DNA of 64,000 nucleotides from Waterburya sp. (GTDB lineage Bacteria > Cyanobacteriota > Cyanobacteriia > Cyanobacteriales > Xenococcaceae): positions 3,552,001 through 3,616,000 of the forward strand of contig CBDCJV010000002.1 of assembly GCA_965217895.1 (NCBI GenBank). Reading direction: 5' to 3'. How positions within the stretch are numbered: position 1 is the first letter of the stretch; each line of letters opens with the position of its first letter. Both the position numbers and the translations under genes were made by a program. Below, piece after piece: positions 42,015 through 52,003 of the stretch. Below the pieces are notes generated by a model. It saw only the letters and a list, made by a program, of their open reading frames with translations, did not search any database and was not told where the DNA came from.

Positions 42015-43492
42015 TAGGGCTGTTTCATTCTAGAGCTAAAGTGCGGTAAATTGATATAAAACCTAATTTAACCGCTCAATGACTTTAAAAAACTTTGATA
42101 AAAGCTTAATTGACTATTTGAAACAAATACCTGATGAGCGAAAAGCAGGTGAATGAATGAGCATCTCAGTATACTCACAATAGTCAAGGTCAATGGATTG
42201 CAATTGATGGCAAAAGTTTGAAAAATACTGTCAACGACTGTTATGGACAACAGCAAAACTTCGTCATGATGGTTTCGGCTTTGACTCATGAAGGCGGGGA
42301 AATTTTAGGCATAAAAGTTAGGGAAAATAAGAAACAAAGTGAGATTGTCGCCGTGCAAGACTTATTAGAATTGCTGCATTTAAAAGGAGTGGTGTTCACG
42401 ATGGATGCTCTACATTGTCAAAAAAAACAGTCTCAGCAATTATCGACAGTGGTAATAACTACCTAATTGTGGTCAAAAGAAATCAAAAAACATTACATCG
42501 ACAAATTGAGCGGAGGAAATGCGTGGGTTTCCCGCGCTTATTCCACTCCGCTGTTGAATTTCAAGCAACAAGTACAAAGGCGATTAGTTGCTTTGAGCAG
42601 ATCGAGAAGACGAGAAATCGACTAACTCATCGAACTGTAGAAGTATTGGCTCCTCCATCAAACATTGATTCTCAATGGGTTGGAGTTCATAGTATCATCA
42701 AAATTTTCCGTTCGCGAACAAGAGGTAATCACGATTACGAATCGGATTCGGCGACTTATTATATTAGTTCTTTACCCAACTCCTTCGGAGTTAAGTAGCA
42801 AGTAGCGCGTTCTGGAGAACGCCGACATCGCTTCGCGATGGCGACACGCTCCAGCGTGTGCAAATAGCAGATAGCAATTAAGAAAAACTCCGAAGTTGGA
42901 TATGCAGCCTCTTCATTGATGAGGAAAAGATGAAAAAATAATTCAACTCTTGAATACATGCGGGCAAGCCCTTTGTCTGACACAGGAGCTATCGCTCCAT
43001 GTCGTCGTCTTCGACGACTTTGCAAGCTTTGCTTGCTGTGGCAGAGGTTGAACTTGCAGACGCGCTTCGCGTCTGGCCGTTGCGGAGCAACGTCGGCAGC
43101 CTCCAGGCTGCGCTACTTGTTATCTGCTACTTGTGAACAGCAACTTCTTGGCTTATTCCCCAAGGTATTGGCCGACATTGGGGTATCGAGAATCGTTGGC
43201 ATTGGGGAGGCACGGACGGCGAACCTGCGTCGCCGTATTGAGTGCCGTTTAAGGATGTCGTAACGAAAGAAGATAACAGCCCTCAACTTCACGGCAAAGC
43301 ATCCACAAACATCTCTTTGATTAAAAGTTGGGTTATTAACCTACTGAGAGTTCATGGTTTTGATTCTATGACTGAGGCAATCAGTTATTTAAGCCATAAT
43401 TTGCCATTATTACTTTCTTTGTGTCACTGATAGGTGTAGTGAATAGATTTATTCGCGATCGCATCTTCTATTTTGAGAATGAAACAGCCCTA
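42015..43492 (+). mobile_element. Decayed ISAs1-family insertion sequence
   Basis: 17-bp TIRs TAGGGCTGTTTCATTCT/AGAATGAAACAGCCCTA. Transposase fragments DGKSLK, TMDALHCQKK, RHWGIENRWHW and KDVVTKED. Confidence 0.88.
42110..43430 (+). pseudogene. ISAs1 transposase pseudogene with a deletion, frameshifts and nested insertions
   Basis: Fragments lie in several frames, interrupted at about 42507-42553, 42777-43135 and 43208-43247. Confidence 0.85.
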
Positions 43493-43573
43493 CCAATCTT
43501 GGGGGACTTAAGCTATATTCTCCCCCAGATTTGGGGGCAGGGGGGCGCAATTATAGCTTGATTCAGCAATGCC

Positions 43574-44539
43574 CTATTTTTCAATAGACAATTTTGAGTT
43601 ATCATTCTTGGCTGACACTGCTAAATAAATACCAAATAAAACTACGGCAAACGCCAACCAATTTAATAAGCTTAACTGTTCGGCAAAGATTACCATAGCT
43701 AAAATTGCTGCAATTAAAGGAATTGCTAACATTGATACTGCCACAAATCCTGAAGAGAATTTAGCCAAACTATAAGTTAAAAGCCCTTGTCCTAATGCCT
43801 GAGAAATTAAACCCAAACCAACAACCGCCAACCAGCCAGTACTAGAAATTGGTAGTAATTGTTCTCCTGTTAGCAACACCAAAGGTAACAAAAATAAACC
43901 CCCCGCTAAACTCGTCCACTGCATAATTATCGAAGTGGAAAACTGCACTCTCAACTGTTCCAAGCTCAAAATACTAATTGCGGAAAACATGGCTGCGGTT
44001 AAGGCTGCCCCATCTCCAATTAGACCACTATCTGCTACCTGCAAGTCCTCAATACCAATAGCTACTGCGCCAACTATTGCAACTGCCATGCCGACTAAAA
44101 ACCGTGGCGAAAATTGCTGACGCAAGATTAGCCAGCCAAATAAAGTAGTGAAAATTGGCATCATGTTGTTGAGCAAAGTCGAATTGGCAATGCTGGTTTG
44201 AGTTAAAGACCATGCCCAAAGTGAAAGCGAAATAGCAAAACTAATGCCTGCTATTAATAATAAAGAGATTGCCCTACTTGTATATAGTGTAGGTTCAGAC
44301 GGCAAATCTGGATCGAGATTGCTAGTTTTTTTAAAGTTGTTCCAAGTGCTGAATGCGATCGCGGCAATCAACAGGCGATCGCAAGTAATAGCATTAGGTT
44401 TAATTTCTGTAGACGCGATCGCAATAAGAATGGAAGCAGAAGCAATTCCTAGTAGAGCGATACATAAAGCTACAGGTGCAATCCAATTTGCTTTTGACTC
44501 TAATTCTTTGCCAATTCTACCGAGCCGAAATTGGTACAT
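43574..44539 (-). CDS. DMT (EamA) family transporter
   Basis: About 10 TM helices; TSIANSTLL...PIF and SQALGQGL motifs. Confidence 0.9.
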   Translation of the reverse strand: MYQFRLGRIGKELESKANWIAPVALCIALLGIASASILIAIASTEIKPNAITCDRLLIAAIAFSTWNNFKKTSNLDPDLPSEPTLYTSRAISLLLIAGISFAISLSLWAWSLTQTSIANSTLLNNMMPIFTTLFGWLILRQQFSPRFLVGMAVAIVGAVAIGIEDLQVADSGLIGDGAALTAAMFSAISILSLEQLRVQFSTSIIMQWTSLAGGLFLLPLVLLTGEQLLPISSTGWLAVVGLGLISQALGQGLLTYSLAKFSSGFVAVSMLAIPLIAAILAMVIFAEQLSLLNWLAFAVVLFGIYLAVSAKNDNSKLSIEK

Positions 44540-44777
44540 TTAAAAATATTAAATAAGAAAGCTAAATACTTTATTTAGTTAAAAGTTAAATTTTAAAAAT
44601 TGATGCGATCAATGATACATTTTGCTAAAAAGCTCGATCTTTAAAAGATTTAATAACAAAGAAAAGTCAAAGTTTCGTTTCTATTTCTTCAATTTGAGCA
44701 TATTTTGTCATGGCTTTAAGAGATTTTTTTCCCAACTCTGTCCGCTAATGCTGTATTTCTGTGACAAAAAAAAGTTT

Positions 44778-44824
44778 GTAGTTAAAAGTACAGTTTTTTA
44801 TATTAGAACTGTATACCGTATACG
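44778..44824 (+). promoter_or_regulatory. NtcA class II promoter of the porin-permease operon, with an overlapping operator
   Basis: TGTA-N8-TACA at 44777-44792, 22 nt to TACCGT (44814-44819). CTGTATACCGTATAC overlaps the -10. Confidence 0.75.
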
Positions 44825-44880
44825 AATATTGACATAAACATTGTCTGACGAAATAAATTTAGGGTGTGAGAAGTAAAATC

Positions 44881-46533
44881 GTGAATTTACTCAAATTTTT
44901 CCTTAAACAAAGTTGTGCCGCCTTTGGTTTTTCACTAATGCTTAGTAATATTGTCTACGCACAAGAGGTGAATGAAGATTTATCTTCTGACAAAAAAAGA
45001 CCGTCGGCATAGCCGACGGTCTTAGAATTCAGTAATTCTTTAGCTCAAGTCAACAATGTAGTTGAATTGAAAGATGTTGCTTCCAATGATTGGGCTTATG
45101 AAGCACTGAGGAGTTTGGTCGAACGTTATGGTTGCATAGCTGGCTATAGCGATCAAACTTTTAGGGGCGATCGAGTTTTAAGCCGTTATGAATTTGCTGC
45201 TGGTTTAAACTCTTGTTTGAACCAGATCGAGCGGTTAATTGCTCAAAGTGAAGCGGTCAGCCAAGAAGATGTGGATACCTTAAACAGGTTAACTCAAGAC
45301 TTTGAAGCAGAATTAGCAACTATTAGAGGACGAATAGATAATGTAGAAGCAAGAACTGCTTTATTAGAAGACCAACAATTTTCTACTACTACTAAACTTA
45401 CTGGACAAGCCTTATTTGCTGTGGCTGGTGCTTTTGGGGATGAAAAAGCCAATAGCAATGACTCAGTTGACGACCAAATCTTTTTTTCTGAGAGAGTGCG
45501 TCTAGTGTTTGATTCGAGTTTTAGTGGTAAGGATTTACTCCGAGTTCGTCTGCAAGCAGGTAACACTCCTGACCTCAGTGACGCGACAGGTACGAGAATG
45601 ACAAGGTTAGCTTTTGCTTCCCCTACCGATAATCAATTTATAGTCAATCAACTAGAATATCGCTTTCCCATTGGCGATAAAGGAGAAGTTTTTGTTGAAG
45701 CCTATGGTTTCCTCGATTTGTTTGTACCGACTCTCAATCCTTTAGATGGAGACTACGACACCGTAATTTCTGGTTTCGCCCTCCGTAGTCCGATTTATTT
45801 TCAAAGTGGTTTATCTGGTATTGGCGTTCAATACGATTTAACCGATTCGATTAATATATCTGGTGGTTATTTGGCTGGTGATGCTACTGCCAACGATCCC
45901 AATACTGGATTATTTAATGGTCCTTTTGGCGCGATCGCCCAATTAACTTTTTATCCAACTAAAAGCTTTGCTATTGCCGCAACTTATTTACGAGGCTATG
46001 ACGATGGTAGCGGTAACGCACCGCCTGGGGGCTTTTTTGGTAGTGAGAATGCTACCTCACCGTTTGGGGACAATATTTCAGCCATTCCTCCAGAAACAAG
46101 GGAAGAATCTAGTAATATCACCGCTACACCAGTAGCTTACAACTCCTATGGCATAGAAACTCAATATACTCTTAGTCCGAAAATCGTTCTAGGCGGTTGG
46201 GCTGGTTTTACACAAGCCGAAGCCAAAGATGGAGTTAATGATGGGGCGAATGCAGATATTCTTTACTGGGCAGCAGTTTTATCTTTTCCCGATTTGGGCA
46301 AAGAAGGGAATTTAGGCGGTTTGGTTTTTGGTCAACCTTCAAAGGTAATTAACAACGATGTAGGAGAATTTGAAGACCAAGACACTTCCTATGCGATCGA
46401 AGCATTTTATCGTTACCAACTTAACGACAATATTAATATTACTCCTGGTTTAATAGTCATAACTAACCCAGAACATAACGCAGACAATAGCACCGATTAT
46501 ATTGGCGCAATCCGTACCGTCTTTGCATTTTAA
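44881..46533 (+). pseudogene. SLH-domain cyanobacterial outer-membrane porin interrupted by an in-frame TAG at 45010-45012
   Basis: GTG at 44881 gives a signal peptide (MNLLKFFLKQSCAAFGFSLMLSNIVYA-QE) in frame with the 45067-46533 ORF (SLH DWAYEALRSLVERYGCI, FSTTTKL, C-terminal RTVFAF). Confidence 0.75.
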
Positions 46534-46617
46534 GAGAGAGGAATAGCAACTCGTTTGGCTGATTTGCTAAATAATTAACCGCACAAACTTTAAGCAATTA
46601 TATGTAGGAGAAGAAAG

Positions 46618-48057
46618 ATGACCAATGTAGAACTTAACAATGCCTCTGAAACTATAGTTCCTAACCCAAGTAATTTAATTTTGGGATTAGAAGACAATCC
46701 TCCATTTCAAACCGCCTTTTTGGTTTCTTTACAGCACGTCTGCGTTGTTTTTGTCCCTAGTGTAACCCCTGCCATTTTGATCGGTCGCGCCCTAAAATTA
46801 GATGCTGCAAGCATTAGCTACATTATTGGTATGACATTATTTGTAGCTGGATTTGCTACCTTTGTTCAAGCTAGACGTATTGGTCCAATTGGTTCTGGTT
46901 TACTGAGTATTCAAGGACCAAGCTTTGCTTTTTTACCACCTATTTTTAGCATTATTGCAGCAGGTAACGCTGCCAATAAAACACCGGAAGAAACCCTGGC
47001 ATTGATTCTGGGTGTAGGATTTTTTGGTTCGTTTATCCAGATTATTTTGAGTCGCTTTCTGCAATTTGCTAAAACTGTTTTTCCCCCACTTGTGACAGGA
47101 ACAGCCGTAACCCTAATCGGTTTAACTTTAATTCGCTTTGGAATGTACGATATGGCGGGAGGAGATGCAGCCAAGACGGCTGGTGATTATGGCAGCCTGA
47201 GATATTGGGCAATTTCTATTCCCGTGTTTTTTACGGTAGCTGTCTGTAGCGCCACCTCAAATCGCTATCTTAGAATGGGGTCGGTGATTATCGGTTTAAT
47301 TGTTGGTTCTATTATCTCAGTCTTTATGGGTATGACAGACTTCAGCCAGTTAGGAAGTATACCTGCTTTTAATATACCTATTCCGTTTCGGTTTGGTTTA
47401 GATTTTAATCTAGCTACCTTTATTCCCTTTGCGATTATTTACTTTGCTACTTCTCTAGAGGTCATTGGCGATATTACCGCAACTTCGATGGTAACTGGAG
47501 AGCCGATTAGTGGTCCAAAATATATTAAACGTCTTAAGGGTGGACTATTGGGAGATGGGTTCAATTCGTTTATTGCCTCTTGCTGTAGTACCTTACCGAC
47601 GGTGACGTTATCCCAAAATAACGGAATTATCCAGCTTACAGGAGTTGGTAGTCGCTATATCGGCTTTTACGTCGGCGGTATTCTAGCTTTTTTAGGATTA
47701 TTTCCGATTATTGGCGGAATTTTAACCGCTATTCCTGCTCCTGTTTTTGGTGCAGCGATTATGCTGATGTTTGGTACGGTTGCGGTGGCTGGGTTTAGTA
47801 TTCTAGGTGAAATTGAGATGACCAATCGTTCTTTGATTATTGTCGGCGCATCATTAGCCACCGGGTTAGGCGTAACTTTTGTCCCAGAGGCACTAGTAGG
47901 ATTTCCTGAACAAATACGTGGTGTTTTAGAGTCAGGTATTTCTGTCGGTTCTCTTTGCGCCTTGATTCTCAATCTTGTCCTGCCAAAGTCATCAAAAGAT
48001 CGGATGCTTGAAGAGCCAGCCTCATTAGAGCCAGAAACAAATCCCATTACTAAGTAG
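46618..48057 (+). CDS. NCS2 xanthine/uric acid permease
   Basis: LQH in TM1, FPPLVTG, and the NAT signature SQNNGIIQLTGVGSR. Confidence 0.92.
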   Translation: MTNVELNNASETIVPNPSNLILGLEDNPPFQTAFLVSLQHVCVVFVPSVTPAILIGRALKLDAASISYIIGMTLFVAGFATFVQARRIGPIGSGLLSIQGPSFAFLPPIFSIIAAGNAANKTPEETLALILGVGFFGSFIQIILSRFLQFAKTVFPPLVTGTAVTLIGLTLIRFGMYDMAGGDAAKTAGDYGSLRYWAISIPVFFTVAVCSATSNRYLRMGSVIIGLIVGSIISVFMGMTDFSQLGSIPAFNIPIPFRFGLDFNLATFIPFAIIYFATSLEVIGDITATSMVTGEPISGPKYIKRLKGGLLGDGFNSFIASCCSTLPTVTLSQNNGIIQLTGVGSRYIGFYVGGILAFLGLFPIIGGILTAIPAPVFGAAIMLMFGTVAVAGFSILGEIEMTNRSLIIVGASLATGLGVTFVPEALVGFPEQIRGVLESGISVGSLCALILNLVLPKSSKDRMLEEPASLEPETNPITK

Positions 48058-48081
48058 ATAATTAATGATTAGATTTGAGCG

Positions 48082-48213
48082 ATGAAAATCAAAGTTATTA
48101 ACCCCAATACAACTGCCAGTATGACCGCAAAAATTGGCGTGATCGCCCGTTCGGTTGCCAATCCTGAAGCTCAATTAATCTTTTTAAGCTTTTGTAACTT
48201 TAATGGGGTTTAG
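48082..48213 (+). pseudogene. Truncated allantoin/hydantoin racemase (N-terminus only)
   Basis: MKIKVINPNTTASMTAKIGVIARSVANPE matches the family N-terminal motif INPNT..SMT, then stops after 43 codons. Confidence 0.8.
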
Positions 48214-48245
48214 AGGAAAAAACAGGACAAATATCTCTCGATGAT

Positions 48246-48821
48246 GCGATCTCTCTACTCGTACATACAGGAAGACAAATCTGGATCGAAATTGTTAGTT
48301 TTTTGAAAGTTATACTATTTCTCAAAAGTAACAAGAGACTTCCTTCGGGTTGGTCAAAGGAGAAAGGGGAAGGGTCAAAGTTTTGTATATCAGGCTTTTT
48401 CCCCTTTACCTTTAACCCGCAGGCAAGCACCCGAATGCATCGGGTGTTTGCCTGCGGGCGCATTCCGCGCCCTTACCCATCAAAAGTATCTATCTAGCTA
48501 TTTACGAGAAATGGTATTATTTCAAGTTCCAAAAGCGATCGCGGCAATCAACAGGCGATCGCAAGTAATAGCATTAGGTTTAATTTCTGTAGACGCGATC
48601 GCAATTAAAATAGAAGCAGAAGCAATTCCTAGTAGAGCGATACATAAAGCTATAGGTGCAATCCAATTCGCTCCAGACTCTAGTTCTTTGCCAATTTTAC
48701 CGAGTCGAAATTGGTACATTTATTAGGATGTCGAAGAATTTAAGCGTACTATATTTAGTTAAAAGTTAAATCCTCTAAATTGATGCGATCGATGATACAT
48801 TTTGCCCAAAAGCTCGATCTT
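48246..48821 (-). pseudogene. Truncated second copy of the DMT gene 5' part plus its upstream region
   Basis: Highly similar to 44266-44641 (MYQFRLG.IGKELES.ANWIAP); broken by a MITE. Confidence 0.85.
48312..48517. mobile_element. MITE with a nested hairpin element
   Basis: TIR ATACTATTTCTC/GAGAAATGGTAT. Absent from the intact paralog at about 44338. Internal 19-bp stem at 48416-48458. Confidence 0.75.
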
Positions 48822-48907
48822 ACAAACAAAACATCAAACCAAAACCGTAATGGTCATAACGTCAATTAGCTTAACTGCCCATTGTTAATTGTTAATTGTT
48901 AATTGAA

Positions 48908-50419
48908 TTACTGTTCAATCCAATTTTTGGCTCTGCTAACAGCTTTTGACCACATAGCGAAATTCTCATGTGCCTGAGACTGTCCCGCTCCTGGTTCAAA
49001 TACCTTATCTACTTGGCGATCGCCTACTAACTTTTGGTAATCAGACCAAAACCCCACCGCTAAACCCGCACCAAAAGCTGCGCCTTGGGCGGTGGCATCT
49101 AACACTACAGGACGTTCTAATGCCACTCCTAAAGCATCTGCCTGAAACTGCATTAAAAAATTGTTTTTGGCTGCCCCACCGTCGATTTTGAGCAAAGATA
49201 CGGGTTTGTCACTGTCTTTGTTGACCGCATCCACCACTTCTTTAACCTGATAGGCGATCGCTTCTAGAACGGCTCTAACAATATGTTCTTTCTTTACCCC
49301 CCCAGTAATGCCCAAAAATGCACCACGGGCTTTCATATCCCAGTGGGGCGCACCCAAGCCACTTAAGGCAGGAACAAAATAAACTCCGTCGGTATCTTCT
49401 ACCTGGTTACATAAAGATTCGGTGTCAGCAGCATCTTTAATCAAACCCAAGCCATCTCGTAACCACTGAATAGATGCCCCCGTAGTAAAAATAGCTCCTT
49501 CTAAAGCATAGTTAGTTTGTTCTGGGGTACTCCATGCCACAGTTGAAAGAAGTTGATTATTTGAGCGGGTTACTTCTGTGCCTGTTTGTGCCACTAAAAA
49601 GCAGCCTGTGCCATAGGTGCATTTGAGTAATCCAGGGCGATCGCAGCCGTGAGCAAATAATGATGCCTGCTGATCTCCAAAGATGGCTGTAATAGGAATT
49701 TCTGTTCCTAATATCTGGCGATCGCTTTTGCCAAATAACCCCATGCTAGGTTTAATTTCTGGCATAATTTGACGGGGAATATCAAATAGATTGAGCAACG
49801 ACTCGTCCCAATCTTTAGTGTCAAGGTTCATCAACATGGTACGGCTGGCATTGCTCACATCAGTAGCATGAACTTGTTTACCCGTTAGATTCCACAAAGC
49901 CCAACTGTCTATCGTCCCCGCCATTACGTTATCCCAATTCGTATCAGGCTGATGCTGCTTTACCCAATCAATTAGCCAGGCTAGTTTGGTCGCCGAAAAA
50001 TAGGCATCTAACACTAAACCAGTTTTCTGTTGAATGACCTCTGCCTGTCCTTCTTCCCTGAGGCAATCGCACATAGTAGAGGTACGGCGATCCTGCCAAA
50101 CAATCGCTTTGTGCAGTGGTTTTCCTGTAGTTTTGTCCCAAAGCAAACAAGTTTCTCTTTGCACGGTTAAGCCGATAGCTGCAATTTCTGAAGCGGTAAT
50201 CTGGTTGTCGGCAATAACTTTTTGTATAGAGTCATTAGTGTCCCGCCAAATTTCTACTGCATCATGTTCCAGCCATCCAGGATGAGGATAATGTTGAGTT
50301 AACTCTTTATATACCTGACCGACAATATTCCCCTGGCGATCAAATAATATTGCCCGATTGCCTGTAGTACCTAAATCTAAGGAAAGAATGTATTTTGTGT
50401 CGGTCATTGATAATACCAA
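48908..50419 (-). CDS. glpK: Glycerol kinase
   Basis: DLGTTG, QRET, WQDRRT, YFSATK, GDQQ, KCTYGTGCF. Confidence 0.96.
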   Translation of the reverse strand: MVLSMTDTKYILSLDLGTTGNRAILFDRQGNIVGQVYKELTQHYPHPGWLEHDAVEIWRDTNDSIQKVIADNQITASEIAAIGLTVQRETCLLWDKTTGKPLHKAIVWQDRRTSTMCDCLREEGQAEVIQQKTGLVLDAYFSATKLAWLIDWVKQHQPDTNWDNVMAGTIDSWALWNLTGKQVHATDVSNASRTMLMNLDTKDWDESLLNLFDIPRQIMPEIKPSMGLFGKSDRQILGTEIPITAIFGDQQASLFAHGCDRPGLLKCTYGTGCFLVAQTGTEVTRSNNQLLSTVAWSTPEQTNYALEGAIFTTGASIQWLRDGLGLIKDAADTESLCNQVEDTDGVYFVPALSGLGAPHWDMKARGAFLGITGGVKKEHIVRAVLEAIAYQVKEVVDAVNKDSDKPVSLLKIDGGAAKNNFLMQFQADALGVALERPVVLDATAQGAAFGAGLAVGFWSDYQKLVGDRQVDKVFEPGAGQSQAHENFAMWSKAVSRAKNWIEQ

Positions 50420-50660
50420 AATTCTACTTATGCTTGTAGGTTTACAGCAAAGTCAGGACTTAGAAATGTTTTATTAAGTTTTTTTTACGTTTTTGTTATT
50501 TTGGAGCTATCGCCATAGCAGAATTTTATCTTTCTGCTCAATTGGTACAGCAATAAACTACAAAAGACCAGCTTGAGGCTCGATCTTGACAAAATAAGCC
50601 CAGAAATTATTTAAAAGTTGTGAAATAAAGCTGGCAAATTGTCATCAAAATTGCATTTTA

Positions 50661-51761
50661 TTATTCATCAAAATTGATGGGCTTGCGTCTTGGCTGTCTT
50701 CTGAAATCTTCTGAATAATTATCATCTTCAGAGTCGTTGTAATTGTCATAGTCATCTTGCTCAGAATCATCGTAGTCATCATATTCATCTGCATACTCAG
50801 CAGCTTCAGAATCATCTAATGGCTGATAATCGACTACAAAATCACCAGGAATAGATTCATTTTGCCCATCATTGCTCCTGTCTGCCTTAGAATCATAACG
50901 GCTCTCTAAATCATTAGGATCATAATTATCATCATCATTTTCTGGTTCATCATAGCTTCTGCCTAAATCAGCTAAGTTAGTTGGGTTCGGTCTACTTTTA
51001 GCAACAGGAGGTGGAGTAGACTTGGGCATACGAGCGGGGCGGTCGGGATTCGTAGGGCGACGACTGGGGCGCGAAGCACTACGAGAACTATCTGTCCATT
51101 CATCTTGAGCGTTCCAACTATCATAACTATCAGAGGGAGTTGCGGAGGCAGGACGACGAGGGCGAACATCTCTTGCTACATAACTATCGTCAACTTGACG
51201 AGGACGTTCTACAAAGTCATTGGATTCTGAACGATTGCGACTTCTACTACGTCGAGGTTCGTCTCTAATCTCAGGAGCGGGAGAAGATGTTCTTTTTCGC
51301 TCAGAGGAACGACGAACAGGACGAGGTTGTGGATCGTCGTAGCCTCTTAATCTAGGGCTATCATAGTTTGGTTCTGCTCCTTCATAAGCGTTGTCGTAGG
51401 GGTCAATTTTGTCTAATTCTGCTTCGGTATAAACTCTAGTACGGCTAACTGGGCGATCGCGATCAACAACGGGAGTATTACGCCTAGCTTGCTCAGTGGC
51501 TACGCCCCGCATCCGAATGCTTTCAAAAGCAAAGAAAATTGCTGTTCCCGTCAGCAAAAATTGACCAAACTGCAAAATTGGATCGAGTCGCCACCCATTA
51601 AACAACAAGATAATGCCGCAAAGTAAACCCACCGCAGCAAAGAAAATATCATAATCTCTTGCCAACTCAGGGCGAATTGAACGCAGGAAAAACAGCCCAG
51701 CCCCTGCCACTGCCAAGAATAAACCTAAAATAGCTGCTGCATTTAGCCCGAAATTGACCAT
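50661..51761 (-). CDS. ycf66: Ycf66 family protein
   Basis: RPELARDYDIFFAAVGLLCG..L...GWRLDPILQFGQ followed by a low-complexity tail. Confidence 0.92.
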   Translation of the reverse strand: MVNFGLNAAAILGLFLAVAGAGLFFLRSIRPELARDYDIFFAAVGLLCGIILLFNGWRLDPILQFGQFLLTGTAIFFAFESIRMRGVATEQARRNTPVVDRDRPVSRTRVYTEAELDKIDPYDNAYEGAEPNYDSPRLRGYDDPQPRPVRRSSERKRTSSPAPEIRDEPRRSRSRNRSESNDFVERPRQVDDSYVARDVRPRRPASATPSDSYDSWNAQDEWTDSSRSASRPSRRPTNPDRPARMPKSTPPPVAKSRPNPTNLADLGRSYDEPENDDDNYDPNDLESRYDSKADRSNDGQNESIPGDFVVDYQPLDDSEAAEYADEYDDYDDSEQDDYDNYNDSEDDNYSEDFRRQPRRKPINFDE

Positions 51762-52003
51762 TAATGTTCTCCTATATATGGCTTTATAAATTTTAACTGA
51801 TGAATATCTTGACTTTGACCAAAATTAGCTAAATTTATTTATTAAATAACTATTATCTGTTGCTGTTTCGGCGATCGCGTATTCTTATAAAAAATAATAG
51901 GGCAATGAAACATAGACACTACTATTACTGTCTTTTCTCTACGCAGAGAATATCCCATTGCCCACAAAAACCATAATAATTTAATGTCAGTACTGACAAG
52001 TAA

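Noticed and set aside
42759..43263. 88-aa and 101-aa Arg-rich ORFs inside the IS
   Set aside because: They are chance ORFs across GC-rich palindromic inserts, with no protein motifs.
44997..45023. Pyrrolysine/selenocysteine-style recoding of the porin TAG
   Set aside because: The stop lies in the hairpin loop rather than upstream of a stem, Sec uses TGA, and no pyl genes are visible. Loop inversion or element insertion explains it more simply.
48200..48726. ORFs 48200-48463, 48303-48497 and 48448-48726
   Set aside because: They span a MITE or are antisense to the DMT pseudogene.
50661..51400. Arg/Pro/Asp-rich low-complexity tail of Ycf66
   Set aside because: This is a usual feature of cyanobacterial Ycf66 proteins.
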